A DNA stretch of 64,000 nt from an uncultured delta proteobacterium (GTDB lineage Bacteria; Desulfobacterota; WTBG01). How positions within the stretch are numbered: position 1 is the stretch's first letter; every line of letters begins with the position of its first letter. The stretch spans positions 96,001-160,000 of the forward strand of contig CAWCBP010000008.1 in the NCBI GenBank assembly GCA_963793865.1. Direction: 5' to 3'. The position numbers and the translations under genes were made by a program. Below, in pieces: positions 39,237-50,664 of this stretch. The notes under the pieces were generated by a model that ran no database searches, had not been told where the DNA came from, and saw only the letters and a program-made list of their open reading frames with translations.

Positions 39237-42216
39237 ATGGCGCACAGAATTGAAGTCGGATTCAAATCCGCGGTCAGGGATGCCTGGGGTGAAAAGATAA
39301 AGCGGCGGATGTGGGAGGACCTGCACTGCCGGGTGAATGCCGTGTCAGGCATCGAAGTGTACACCCTGGACATGGATGTAACGGCGGAAGAGCTGAGGCA
39401 CATTGCCGAAGGTCCGCTCGTGGATCCCGTTATTCAGCACTATGCCATCGATAAACCGCTGGCACGCGATTTTGACTGGATTGTCGAGGTCGGCTTCAGG
39501 CCGGGGGTGACCGATAATGTGGGAAGAACCGCGCGCGAGGCGGTGGAGCTGGTGCTGGGCAGGGCGCTGCGCGCGGATGAAAAGGTGTATACCTCAAAGC
39601 AGTGCCTGATCAAAGGTGACCTTCCCCTTGAAAAAGTTGAAACCATAGCCACCGGCCTTCTGGCCAACGAGCTGGTGCAGCGCTTCAGCATCGCGCACAG
39701 AAACGATTGGGATCCGGCAAAAGGCATGCCGGTTGTTGTTCCCCGGGTTAAAGGGGGCAGCGAGCGGGGAGTGGTGGATGAGATCGACCTCACGGTTGAT
39801 GATGAGGGGTTGATGAAGATAAGCCAGGAGCGGGTTTTGGCGTTAAGCTTATCCGAGATGAAGGCAATCCAGGCCTATGCAGGGAATAAAGAGGTTATCG
39901 CAAGGCGAAGGGCGGCGGGACTGGGAGAACACCTGACGGATGTGGAGCTGGAAGCCCTGGCCCAGACCTGGTCGGAACACTGCAAGCACAAGATCTTCAA
40001 CGGCATCATTCATTACCGCGACGAGCGAGGCGGGAAGACGACCATTAAGAGCCTCTTTAACACATATATCAGGGCCGCCACCGACAGGGTCCGGGAATCG
40101 CTCGATGAAGACTGGCTGCTTTCGGTGTTTGAGGACAATGCCGGCGTCATCGCCTTTAACCGATGATTATAACCTGGTCTACAAGGTTGAAACCCACAAT
40201 ACCCCGTCCGCGCTCGATCCTTACGGGGGCGCGCTCACCGGGATTGTGGGTGTGAACCGCGACCCCTTCGGCACGGGAAAAGGGGCGAAGCTCATATTCA
40301 ACACCGATGTCTTCTGCTTTGCCACGCCGTTCTACAGCGAGCCGCTCCCGCCCCGCCTGCTCCATCCCCGCCGCATTTATGAAGGCGTGCGCGAGGGCGT
40401 TGAGCACGGCGGGAACAAGAGCGGGATCCCCACGGTGAACGGCTCCCTGGTTTTTGATGACCGCTATCTGGGCAAGCCGCTCGTCTACTGCGGAACCGGC
40501 GGCATAATGCCCCGCGAGGTGCTGGGTGAGCCCTCGCAGGTGAAACGGGTGTTTCCCGGGGACCTGATCGTGATGACCGGAGGCCGTATCGGCAAGGACG
40601 GCATCCATGGCGCCACCTTTTCGTCGGAGGAACTCCACGAGGGATCGCCGGTTACCGCGGTGCAGATCGGGGACCCCATCACCCAGAAGCGGATGACCGA
40701 TTTTCTGCTGCGGGCGCGTGACCTCGGCCTCTACAATTGCATCACCGATAACGGCGCCGGCGGCCTTTCTTCGTCCGTGGGAGAGATGGCCCAGCAGGCC
40801 GGCGGATGTGAGCTGCACCTGGAGAAGGCGCCGCTTAAATACACGGGGCTCAGTCCCTGGGAGATCCTGCTCTCCGAGGCGCAGGAGCGGATGACCGTCG
40901 CGGTCAGCCCGGAGAAGGTTGACCGGCTTTTCGCCATGGCCGAAAAAATGGGGGTCGAGGCCACGGTCCTGGGGAAATTTACCGACAGCGGCGCGTTTCA
41001 TATCCTGTACGATAATAAAACCGTTGCCTATCTTGACATGGATTTTCTGCACAAGGGTGTTCCGCCCCTGATCATGGAAGCGCAATGGGAGGCGAGGCGC
41101 CATGATGAACCGGGCTTCGAACCGCCGCGGGACCTGACGCCCTCTCTGAAGCAGATGCTGGGGCGGCTCAACATTTGCAGCAAGGAGTCGGTGGTGCGGC
41201 AGTATGATCATGAGGTGCAGGGTGGCAGCGTGGTAAAGCCCCTGGTCGGCGTCAACAATGACGGGCCCGGCGACGCGGCGGTGGTCAGGCCGGTTCTGGA
41301 ATGCTGCGAGGGGGTGGTGGTAAGCCATGGCATCTGCCCCCGCTACGGTGATATCGATACCTATCACATGGCGGCCTGCGCCATCGATGAAGCCCTCAGG
41401 AATTACGTTGCCGTGGGCGGCAACCTGAACCGGGTGGCCGGCCTTGACAATTTCTGCTGGTGCGATCCCATAAAGGCCGAGAAGAATCCCGACGGGGACT
41501 ACAAGCTGGCGCAGCTGGTGAGGGCCTGCATGGCGCTGTATGACTATACCACCGCTTTCGGTGTTCCCTGCATTTCCGGCAAGGACAGCATGAAGAACGA
41601 TTACCGGGTCGGGGAGATAAAAATTTCCATTCCCCCGACGCTCCTCTTTTCCATCGTGGGGAAAATAGATGACGTGAGAAAGGCCGTAACCATGGATGTG
41701 AAGCGGGCGGGCGATGCGGTGTACGTGCTGGGCGAGACCTGTGATGAGCTGGGGGGGTCGGAATACTATGCCATGCACGGCCGGGTAGGAAACCGGGTGC
41801 CGCAGGTTGACGCGCCGCGGGCAAAGTCCCTGTACCGGGCTCTCTCCCGGGCAATTGAATCGGGGCTGGTGGCAAGCTGCCACGACTGCTCTGACGGCGG
41901 GCTGGGCGTTGCCCTTGCCGAATCAAGTTTTGCGGGCGGTCTGGGCATGGAGATTGACCTGCGCAGGGTGCCGGCGCGCGATATCGCCCGCGATGACAGC
42001 CTTTTTTATTCCGAATCGGCGAGCCGCTTCATTGTCACCGTTCGGCCGGATGACAGGGCCGCGTTCGAGGAGATCATGAGGGGCAACGTCACCGGGGCGA
42101 TCGGAACCGTCGCGCCGGATACCACCTTCAGGGTTGTCGGTTTGTCGGGTGAGATCGTGGTCGATGCGGACATTAATGAACTCAAAGCAGCGTGGCAAAA
42201 GACGCTTGCCTTTTAA
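39237..42216 (+). CDS. purL: FGAM synthase PurL with PurS-like N-terminus; one extra base near 40160
   Basis: PGVTDNVG, QTWSEHCKHKIF, DNAGV | YKVETHN.PS, DGIHGATFSS, LSEAQERM, QYDHEVQG, SGKDSM, SCHDCSDGG. Confidence 0.95.
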
Positions 42217-42222
42217 AACCAT

Positions 42223-43047
42223 ATGATAAAAACCAGGGCGATAGTTCTCTCGGGAAACGGCACCAATTGTGAGATGGAAACGGCCCACGCCTGCAGGCTG
42301 GGCGGGTTCGATCAGGTTGATATTGTTCACATCAGCGACCTGGTGTACGGGGAAAAGAAACTGCGGGACTATCACTTCCTCAATCTGCCCGGCGGATTTC
42401 TGGATGGAGACGACCTCGGCGCCGCCAAGGCACATGCCAACCGCATCAGGCACGCGGTGACTAAGGATACCGGCGAGCGGCTGTTTGACCATTTTCTGCA
42501 GTTCATTCAAAAGGGCGGCCTGATCCTCGGCGTGTGCAACGGGTTTCAGCTGATGGTCAAGCTGGGGCTGCTGCCCGGCTTTGATGGCGACTATACCGCG
42601 CAGCGGGCCACCCTGACTTTCAACGATTCGGGGCGGTTTGAAGACCGCTGGGTGAACCTGGGCGTCAACCGGCAAAGCCCCTGCATTTTTACCCGGGGTA
42701 TGGATACTGTGTATCTCCCGGTCAGGCACGGTGAAGGCAAGTTCGTTGTTGAAAATCCTGCGGTGCTGCAAACGCTGCATGAGCAGTCCCAGGTCGTCAT
42801 GTGTTATACCCGGAATGGCGGGGAGGAACCAACCACCGATTATCCCTGCAATCCCAACGGCTCCATTGACGGCATAGCCGGCATTTGTGATGAGAGCGGC
42901 AGGATGCTGGGGATGATGCCCCATCCCGAGGGCTACCTGCATTATACCAATCATCCCCGCTGGACGCGGGAGCGGCTGCCGGAGGAAGGCGCAGGTGTTG
43001 CCTTTTTCAGAAACGCGGCAGACTACGTGCGGCAGAGTCTTGCGTGA
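42223..43047 (+). CDS. purQ: FGAM synthase glutaminase subunit
   Basis: GTNCEMET, PGGF.DGD, GVCNGFQ, HGEGK, NPNGS, MPHPE. Confidence 0.96.
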   Translation: MIKTRAIVLSGNGTNCEMETAHACRLGGFDQVDIVHISDLVYGEKKLRDYHFLNLPGGFLDGDDLGAAKAHANRIRHAVTKDTGERLFDHFLQFIQKGGLILGVCNGFQLMVKLGLLPGFDGDYTAQRATLTFNDSGRFEDRWVNLGVNRQSPCIFTRGMDTVYLPVRHGEGKFVVENPAVLQTLHEQSQVVMCYTRNGGEEPTTDYPCNPNGSIDGIAGICDESGRMLGMMPHPEGYLHYTNHPRWTRERLPEEGAGVAFFRNAADYVRQSLA

Positions 43048-43054
43048 GAAATGT

Positions 43055-43555
43055 ATGAGCGGTAAAAAATTCTGTACCTATTGCGGCGCCCGGCTGACCG
43101 AACGGGTGTTCGAGGAAAGACCCCGCGGATATTGTCCGGGATGCGACAGCATACACTACGAGAATCCCGTGCCCGCCGTTGCCGCGCTGGTTGTGAACCC
43201 TGACAACCAGCTGCTGCTGGTTAAGCGGGGAGTGGAGCCGGCAAAGGGGATGTGGTGTCTCCCCGGGGGCTTCCTTGAGATCGATGAAAGTATCGAGGGG
43301 GCGGTTCTGCGCGAGCTGGAAGAAGAGACGGGCATCCTGGGGGAAATCATCGGGCTGGTTGACTTCTTTTCACAACGGAGCCCCCACTACGGGGCGATTC
43401 TGCTTTTTGGCTATACGGTAACCATGACCGGCGGAACGGTCAGGCCCGGCTTTGACGCCGAGGCGGTTGCATTTTTTGACCGGGATGCCCTGCCTCCCAT
43501 CGCCTTTTTTTCCCATCAAAAATTGATCGAGAAGATCATGCGCGGCCCGAAATAA
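43055..43555 (+). CDS. NUDIX hydrolase with N-terminal zinc ribbon
   Basis: FCTYCG...CPGC, YENP.P, LPGGFLEIDESIEGAVLRELEEETG. Confidence 0.9.
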   Translation: MSGKKFCTYCGARLTERVFEERPRGYCPGCDSIHYENPVPAVAALVVNPDNQLLLVKRGVEPAKGMWCLPGGFLEIDESIEGAVLRELEEETGILGEIIGLVDFFSQRSPHYGAILLFGYTVTMTGGTVRPGFDAEAVAFFDRDALPPIAFFSHQKLIEKIMRGPK

Positions 43556-43585
43556 CAGCGGCACCGTCATGCTCTCAGCACCTGC

Positions 43586-45706
43586 TTATCCGGCCTTTTC
43601 CATTTCAAGCTTGCGAATGACTTCCCTGATGCTCTCAGCCTGCGGGTGCCGCGGCGCTTTTTCAAGTGCCGTCCGCAAATGGTAAAGTGCTTTCTTGTTA
43701 TCCTTTACCTTTTCCAGGCACAGTGACGCAATCTTTAGCCGTGCCTCCGCATCGCCGGGGACGAGCTGCAGGGCCTGCTCATACGCCTCAATCGCCTTAT
43801 CATACCGCGAGATTTTTTCATAAGCCGCGCCCAGCCGGTAATACACGGCGGGCAGAAAGCGAACTGCCCTGCTGGCACGGAGAAGGACCTCTGCTGACTG
43901 CTCATGTCGCTTGAGGCCGCTATAGGTATCCGCAAGATTATAGTAGGCGTCAATATAGCCGCGATTCAGGGTCAAGGCCTTCTCATAATTCACGATGGCC
44001 TGGTCATAATCCTGCAAGCTGCGGTACACGTTGCCCAGATTGTTGTATGCCTCTGCGTAATCCGGTTTTCTCTCCAGGGCGCTCCGGTATGCCTTTATTG
44101 CTTCAGGAAATTTATTTTGCATGGCATAGGCATTGCCCAGATTGTTGAAGTTCCTAACGTTGGCGGGATTGAGCTCAGCAGTTTTTGCATACATGGCCAG
44201 TGCGCGTTCATAATTTTTTTCTTCCTTGTAGACATTTCCCAGGTTGTAGTACGCCTTTTCGTAAGCGGGCTGCAGCGTGATCGCCCGGTTGTACAGGCCC
44301 TTTGCCGTTTCGTAATCCTTCCGGTTGTAGTATTCAATGCCGAGGTTGTTGATCGCCCGCACGCAGGAAGGAACGGTTTTAACCGTCTTGCTCCAGATGG
44401 TGAAGCTGTCCTTCCAGTCGTAGTTTCTGTAGAAGGTTCTCACTGATAATAATGCAATGATGACAGTGAAAAGTGCATAGGTGGGCCGCTTCCACCGTGC
44501 GCTTGCAGCTGCCCGATTGAAAAGGAGTGAGGCCAGAAGGACAAATCCGAAGGAGGGCAGGTACAGATAGTGCTCTGCCAGCAGCTCGTGGTGAGGGAAA
44601 ATGTGACAGACCGGAAGCAGGGTGACAAAAAACCAGATGATGGCAAAGGCCATGACCGAATTGCTCAAAAGGAGTCTCACGGTTACAAAGGCAATCAGGC
44701 AGAGGGCGATGATGGAAAGAAAGGCCGCCGGCTCGAAAATGAGAGGTGACCAGGGGAAAGGAATTAAATGAATAATCGGCAATCAGGGTGACGGGATACA
44801 GCAGCAGCTTTATGTAATAAACCAGTATTTTCCCCAGGGTGAGCAGCTGTACATACAGCTCTCCTCCGTAAAAGCCGATCTTGTTCGAGGGGGACTTGAT
44901 CAGCACCTTGTAGCAGGTAAAGAGTAGAGCGGGGGTCAGGAAGCCAAGATAGAAAAGCTTGTAACGGGCTATGATTTTTTTCAGTGCCGCAGTGCAGCGC
45001 CTGAAAGCGGGGCCTTCAGGCGCAAGATTGGTGACGAAGTCGTAGAAGAAAAACATGGCCGGAAGCGTTACCGCCATTTCTTTGGATGCAATGGCAAGAA
45101 GGTACGAGGCGAGCGAGAGAAAAAGTAGCTTAGGCTGATTTTTCTGCCGCGACCGCAGGAAGAGGAAGAAGCCGAGAATATAGAAGAGGGTTGAGAGAAT
45201 GTCCCGCCTGCCGGAGATGTAGGTGACGCTGTCGGTGTGAACCGGGTGAACGGTGAAAATGCATGCGGCAAAAAAAGCGGCGCGGCCGCTTCCCGTCAGG
45301 GCCGCGATGGTCAGGTAAATTATGATGGCGGTGACGCAGTGCAGGATGATATTCGATACGTGGTAGGCAACGGGATTGAGGCCGGAGAGCCGGTAGTCTA
45401 TGGCATAACTGACCCATCTCAGGGGCCGGTAGGGGGCCTTGTCTATTCCGGCGAAGAGATACGCGGGCACCCGGGCAAGATTTCTGATGGAAGGATTGTC
45501 GCGAATGAGGGGAAGGTCATCGAATACGAATTGATTGTTGAGGGAGTTGAGATAGACCGCCGAGCCCAGGAGTACCAGGCACAGCAGGGCGATTACCGTG
45601 CGACGGTGTGTTGCGGCCGAAGCCGGCCCGCTCCCGGCGGAGGCTGGGCTTTTTTTTTCTGAGCGGTCACCGCGCTGCTGACAGCGCGTCTTTTTTTACT
45701 GCCCAC
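43586..45706 (-). CDS. TMTC-like GT-C membrane protein with C-terminal TPRs; frameshifts near 45620 and 44750
   Basis: FVFDD...DNP, YRPL, HPVHTDSVTYISGR, SKEMA, AEHYLYLPS, multiple TPRs (AYNNLGNVY). Confidence 0.85.
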
Positions 45707-45711
45707 GCGCT

Positions 45712-47019
45712 TTATCCTTCCCGGTCAAAGAAGCTCCACCGCTCCTTGTTGCTCAGCAGCTTTATCGCGCAAAACTCTCCGCACATGGTGCACACGTCCT
45801 TGTCGGCGGGCCGGCTGCTCGAGCGCAGCCTCTCTGCCAGCTCCGGGTCAACCGAGAGCCTGATCTGACTCTCCCAGTCCATGGCCTTGCGGGCGCGTGC
45901 CATCTGCATGTCCTTTTCCATCGCGCCCTTGACACCCTTGGCGATATCAGCGGCATGGGCGGCGATCCTGGAGGCGATGACACCGCTTTTTACATCCTCT
46001 ATGCTGGGAAGCCGCAGATGCTCCGACGGGGTGACATAGCAGAGAAAATCAGCGCCGGCGGCCGCGGCCAGGGCGCCGCCTATGGCGGAGGTGATGTGGT
46101 CGTATCCGGGGGCGATGTCGGTTACCAGGGGGCCCAGCACGTAAAAAGGGGCGCCGTGGCAGAGCTGCTTCTGAAGCTGGATGTTGGTCCCGATCTGGTG
46201 GAGGGGCACGTGCCCCGGCCCCTCAATCATGACCTGGACATTTCGTGCGGCAGCCCGCGCTGCCAGCTCTCCCAGTATGATCAGCTCCTGCACCTGTCCC
46301 CGGTCGGTGGCGTCAGCCAGGCAACCCGGTCGCAGCCCGTCGCCCAGGCTTAAGGTGAGGTCATAGTCACAGGCGAGATCGAGCAGCCGGTCATACTGCT
46401 CGTAGAGGGGGTTTTCTTTTTTGTTGTAGGCCATCCATTCGACGGTGAATGCCCCGCCGCGGCTCACCACATCCATGAGCCGGCCTTCACGGTGCAGGCG
46501 CTGCGCCGACGCGCGGGTTACCCCGCAGTGCACGGTGATGAAATCAACGCCGTCTTCGGCATGCTTCTGTATTACCTGGAAGAGCGTCTCGGGAGACATG
46601 TGCACCATTGCCGTGCCGGTCCGGACCGTTTCAATCACCGCCTGGTAAATGGGCACCGTTCCGACGGGCACGGTGGATTCACTGATGATCTCGCGCCTGA
46701 TGTCATCGAGCGCGCCCCCGGTGCTCAAATCCATTATCGTGTCTGCCCCGGCCGCAATGGCCGCCCTGAGCTTCTGCAGCTCCTCCTCGCTGTCCTGGTG
46801 ATCTTTGGAGGTGCCGATGTTGGCGTTGATCTTGGTGCGCAGCCCCTTGCCGATGCCGCAGGGAGGGATGGCGGCGTGGTTTCTGTTGCGGGGGATGATG
46901 ATATGCCCTTCGGCAATGCCCCGCAGGATCACCTGCGCATCAATCTGTTCGGCGGAGGCGACCGCCTCCATGGCCGGGGTCAGAATTCCTTTTCGTGCCT
47001 GTTCCAGCTGGCGTTCCAT
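45712..47019 (-). CDS. thiC: Phosphomethylpyrimidine synthase
   Basis: [55 protein letters not shown]; follows thiD. Confidence 0.9.
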   Translation of the reverse strand: MERQLEQARKGILTPAMEAVASAEQIDAQVILRGIAEGHIIIPRNRNHAAIPPCGIGKGLRTKINANIGTSKDHQDSEEELQKLRAAIAAGADTIMDLSTGGALDDIRREIISESTVPVGTVPIYQAVIETVRTGTAMVHMSPETLFQVIQKHAEDGVDFITVHCGVTRASAQRLHREGRLMDVVSRGGAFTVEWMAYNKKENPLYEQYDRLLDLACDYDLTLSLGDGLRPGCLADATDRGQVQELIILGELAARAAARNVQVMIEGPGHVPLHQIGTNIQLQKQLCHGAPFYVLGPLVTDIAPGYDHITSAIGGALAAAAGADFLCYVTPSEHLRLPSIEDVKSGVIASRIAAHAADIAKGVKGAMEKDMQMARARKAMDWESQIRLSVDPELAERLRSSSRPADKDVCTMCGEFCAIKLLSNKERWSFFDREG

Positions 47020-47033
47020 GGATGTCCGCTTTT

Positions 47034-48362
47034 TCAGTGGGCTATCTTTAACACTTTTTCGGCCACGTCCATGGGATTGATTCCCATGACCCGTACCATG
47101 GGTTCCTTACCCATGTCTCCCAAATCGTAAATGATGTCCGGCACAGCCCCCTTTTTGCCGATGAGGCGATCGATGCCCCAGCTTAAGCTGCTGCCTTCCA
47201 TCTCCTTTACCTCCGCCGGCTCGTCGGCGCGGTCAAAGCTCGCCACCGTGAGCCTGAGCGTCCTGCACTTCCTGATTATCTCCGGGGAATAGCGAATGTT
47301 CATGGCCGACCTCACGCCGCTGCGATACTGCATCGCGGTGAGGATGATCTGGGCGATGTGGCGTGACGCGCCGGGCAGCGGGTCGGCCACTGCAGCTATG
47401 CCCGCATTAAGCCTGATGATTCTGCCCGGAAAGGCGACAACGTCCTCCGGGCCGGCGGCCAGGGGCAGGGCGTAGCCGAGATTGGACTGCACCTCGGGAA
47501 TGAGATGGCCGATGGCTCCGTCTTTAAGCGCGGCCAGGGCGCGCTTAAGCTCCCCGCCGCAGTGCAGTACCTCCTGGTGCCGGGAAAATGAAGCGTAGGG
47601 ATTGAGCGGGCCGCAGCCGTGCCCCAGGTCAATGGAGGACCTGATGGCGGCGGTGACAAACTCCTTCGCCCGTTTGACCGCATCGAGCAGGGGGGAGCCG
47701 CCGGCTATTTCCATTGCCAGCGCCGCCGACAGGGTGCAGCCGGTCCCATGGGTGTTCCGGCTTTCAATCCGTTCGGATGCCAGCTCGTAGTAATCCCGGC
47801 CGTCATAGAGGATATCAATGGCCCTGCCTTTGAGATGGCCTCCTTTGACCAGCACATTGCGGGCCCCCATCAGGTGAATGGCATGCGCGGCCTTTTTCAT
47901 CCGGGGAACGCTTTCCGTACTTGTACCGGTGAGGACTGAAGCCTCGTGGAGATTGGGGGTGACGATGAATGCCAGGGGAATGAGCTCCCGCTTGAACGCG
48001 GGATACGCCTCCTTCTCCAGGAGTACCGCTCCGCCTTTTGCCACCATGACCGGGTCAACGATGATCTTTGTCTCCGCCAGGCAGCGCAGTATGCGAGAGA
48101 CCGCTTTGACGATCCGGCCATTGGCCAGCATCCCCGTTTTAACCGCGTCGACCCCGATGTCCGAGATGACCGCGTTGATCTGGCGGGCGACAAAGGGTGC
48201 GGGCACGGGATAAACGGCCTGAACGCCGGTGGTGTTTTGCGCCGTCAGGGCAGTGATGGCGCTCATGCCAAACCCGCCCATGAGCGCGATGACTTTCAGA
48301 TCCGCCTGAATGCCCGCGCCGCCCCCGGAATCAGAAGCGGCTATGGTTAAGATTCTCCTCAT
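47034..48362 (-). CDS. thiD: HMP/HMP-P kinase fused to ThiN-type thiamine-phosphate synthase domain (ThiDN)
   Basis: [31 protein letters not shown]-terminal [32 protein letters not shown]. Confidence 0.9.
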   Translation of the reverse strand: MRRILTIAASDSGGGAGIQADLKVIALMGGFGMSAITALTAQNTTGVQAVYPVPAPFVARQINAVISDIGVDAVKTGMLANGRIVKAVSRILRCLAETKIIVDPVMVAKGGAVLLEKEAYPAFKRELIPLAFIVTPNLHEASVLTGTSTESVPRMKKAAHAIHLMGARNVLVKGGHLKGRAIDILYDGRDYYELASERIESRNTHGTGCTLSAALAMEIAGGSPLLDAVKRAKEFVTAAIRSSIDLGHGCGPLNPYASFSRHQEVLHCGGELKRALAALKDGAIGHLIPEVQSNLGYALPLAAGPEDVVAFPGRIIRLNAGIAAVADPLPGASRHIAQIILTAMQYRSGVRSAMNIRYSPEIIRKCRTLRLTVASFDRADEPAEVKEMEGSSLSWGIDRLIGKKGAVPDIIYDLGDMGKEPMVRVMGINPMDVAEKVLKIAH

Positions 48363-48599
48363 GGAAAAGCCCTTATTGCCCGGGGAAATAAAAAAAGCCG
48401 GGCGGCTTTTTTAAGCGGTGTTCTCGGTAATCGGTTAACACTCATGCTGCGCGCTTGATCATAAATGTACCAGAGACTGGTCATTTGTCAAGACTTTTAT
48501 CTTTTTGAATTACTTGAGCTTTTCCTTGCCTGCCGGGTTGATTTGTGCTATAGGGTGCTGTGTTCGATATAATTATATTCAGACTGAAAGGCAACGGAT

Positions 48600-49553
48600 G
48601 TGGAAACGCTGGGAGATTATTTAAAAAGTAAAAGGGAAGCATTAAACATATCGCTTCAGGAAATAGCCCAGGTCACCAGGATTCGTAGATCCATCCTTGA
48701 GGCTATCGAGAGCAATCGGTACGACCTCCTGCCTCCGAAAGTTTTTGCCCAGGGATTCATCAAAAGCTACGCCTCCTATCTCGGATTGGATGAAAACGAG
48801 GTGATCAAGCGATATTCCGAACTGGTCGAAGCGCCGGATGAGGATACGAAAACGGCCGAGGTGCGAACATCGTCCTCGTCCGGCCGTTTTTTTTTCATCA
48901 TACTGCTGGTCGCCGGGCTGATCGCGGCAGCGGTATTCCTGCTGCGCATGAATCCAGGCGATGAAAACGCTGAAGACAGTGTGCCGCAGGAAACGGCACC
49001 GGTCTCCGCGCCGCCTGCGCCGGTGACGCCTGCACCTGATGAATCAGCCTCTGTTGAATCCGGGAGAGAGACGGCGGAAGCGCCGGCGGCTTTCACATCA
49101 ACCATAATGGCTGAAGAGGGCAGCCTGACAACCGCTGCTGTTGAGGGGCCGCCTTCCGAAACTGCCGGGCAGCGGCAGCCCGACATTGCTGAGCAGCAGC
49201 CTCCTGCCGTGGCGAGTGGCCCGCCCCTTACCGCGATTGTTGAGCAGCAACCCGCGGCGACTGCCGGTCAACCACCGGCGACTGATGCCGATCAGCGGCC
49301 CGCCCGTGCAGCCTCGACCCCCCTGGTTTTGAAAATCGTGGCCTCCCAGAACACATGGATGAGAATTCAATCCGATACGGAGAGACCGGTTGAATTTATC
49401 CTGAAAGGGGGCCAGACACGGACCGTCAGCGCAGCTGAAAAATTTACCCTCAGGATTGGAAACGCGGGAGGGGTGGATCTTTTCTTAAATGAGCAGGGAT
49501 TGGGGAAACCCGGAAAGCCGGGTGAAGTGCTGCAGCTGACACTGCCGGAGTAA
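48600..49553 (+). CDS. rodZ: RodZ-like HTH/DUF4115 protein
   Basis: LGDYLK..RE, TRIRRSILEAIE, GFIKSYASYLGLD, TM, Pro/Ala linker, IGNAGGV..NE..LGKPG. Confidence 0.85.
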   Translation: METLGDYLKSKREALNISLQEIAQVTRIRRSILEAIESNRYDLLPPKVFAQGFIKSYASYLGLDENEVIKRYSELVEAPDEDTKTAEVRTSSSSGRFFFIILLVAGLIAAAVFLLRMNPGDENAEDSVPQETAPVSAPPAPVTPAPDESASVESGRETAEAPAAFTSTIMAEEGSLTTAAVEGPPSETAGQRQPDIAEQQPPAVASGPPLTAIVEQQPAATAGQPPATDADQRPARAASTPLVLKIVASQNTWMRIQSDTERPVEFILKGGQTRTVSAAEKFTLRIGNAGGVDLFLNEQGLGKPGKPGEVLQLTLPE

Positions 49554-49634
49554 CAGGGGCAGGATGGGGTTCGGGTTTCTAAATTCGTGCTTTGGGCTTT
49601 TTCCACGAGGTGCGGGTGATTCATGTGAAAATAC

Positions 49635-49661
49635 GTAGAGGCGACCGGCCGGTCGCCCCTA
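49635..49661. repeat. GTAG-type REP (family 2)
   Basis: GTAGAGGCGACCGGCCGGTCGCCCCTA. Confidence 0.75.
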
Positions 49662-49725
49662 ACAGTTGATAAGCACAAAGAATCCTCAAATTTGTTTTAA
49701 CTTCATTGATGAAATAAGGAATAGT

Positions 49726-50625
49726 ATGAACTTGCTGGTGGTGGGCTCGGTGGCCCTTGACTCCATCGAAACACCCGCGGGAAAGGCAGAAAGGGTGCTG
49801 GGCGGTTCGGCAGTTTATTTCTCGGTGGCGGCGAGCTATTTTACCGAAGTGGGCCTGGTGGCTGTCGTCGGCCGCGATTTTCCCGAAGAGCATATCGGCC
49901 TGCTTAAGGAGAGGAAGATTGATCTGCGCGGATTGACCCGGGAGTCCGGCTTGACCTTCCACTGGAAAGGGCGCTACAACGGCGATTTGAACGAGGCCGA
50001 GTCCCTGGATACGCAGCTCAACGTTTTCGAGACCTTCCGCCCCCTCATTCCCCCCGAATACCAGGCGGTTTCTTTTGTCTTCCTTGCCAACATAGATCCT
50101 GAATTGCAGCTCTCTGTCCTGAAGCAGGTGAAGCGCCCGAGGCTTACCATCTGCGACACCATGAACTTCTGGATACAGGGGAAAGAGGACGCGCTTCGTG
50201 AAACCATAAAGCAGGTTGATATTCTGATCATAAATGAGGGAGAGGCCCGCCTTCTCTCCCGGCAATCCAATTTGATCAGGGCGTATCGCACCATAGCATC
50301 GCTTGGACCGAAAACGGTGGTGATAAAAAAAGGCAGCCACGGTGCGCTGCTCTTTACGCCCTCATCCGTCTTTGCCGCGCCGGCATACCTGCTGGAAACG
50401 GTAACCGACCCCACCGGGGCGGGAGACTGCTTTGCGGGCGGATTTGCGGGCTATCTGGCGCGGGTGCAGCAAACCTCCGAAGAAGAGCTGCGCAGGGCGG
50501 TTATTTATGGCAGCGTCATGGCTTCCTTCAATGTCGAGGGATTCAGCCTGGACCGGCTGAGGACCTTGAGCAGAGACGAGATTGAAAACCGCTTCATCTC
50601 TTTTAAGCAGCTGACCCGGTTCTGA
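49726..50625 (+). CDS. PfkB-family carbohydrate/nucleoside kinase
   Basis: VGSVALDSIETP, LGGSA, DTMNFWI, NEGEA, DPTGAGDCFAGG. Confidence 0.92.
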   Translation: MNLLVVGSVALDSIETPAGKAERVLGGSAVYFSVAASYFTEVGLVAVVGRDFPEEHIGLLKERKIDLRGLTRESGLTFHWKGRYNGDLNEAESLDTQLNVFETFRPLIPPEYQAVSFVFLANIDPELQLSVLKQVKRPRLTICDTMNFWIQGKEDALRETIKQVDILIINEGEARLLSRQSNLIRAYRTIASLGPKTVVIKKGSHGALLFTPSSVFAAPAYLLETVTDPTGAGDCFAGGFAGYLARVQQTSEEELRRAVIYGSVMASFNVEGFSLDRLRTLSRDEIENRFISFKQLTRF

Positions 50626-50664
50626 ACCGGCCGCAGGCAATTCTGCTGACATCTTACCTTCGGC

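Noticed and set aside
40156..42954. Long antisense ORFs (575 and 343 aa) and similar ones opposite arg, hslU, gsp and AlkP genes
   Set aside because: Shadow frames of GC-rich genes with no recognisable motifs.
45712..47019. BzaA/B/F benzimidazole synthase
   Set aside because: Directly downstream of thiDN with no cobalamin genes nearby, so thiC is more parsimonious; paralog identity is not excluded without a tree.
48363..48500. TPP riboswitch upstream of thiD/thiC
   Set aside because: Conserved aptamer motifs not found.
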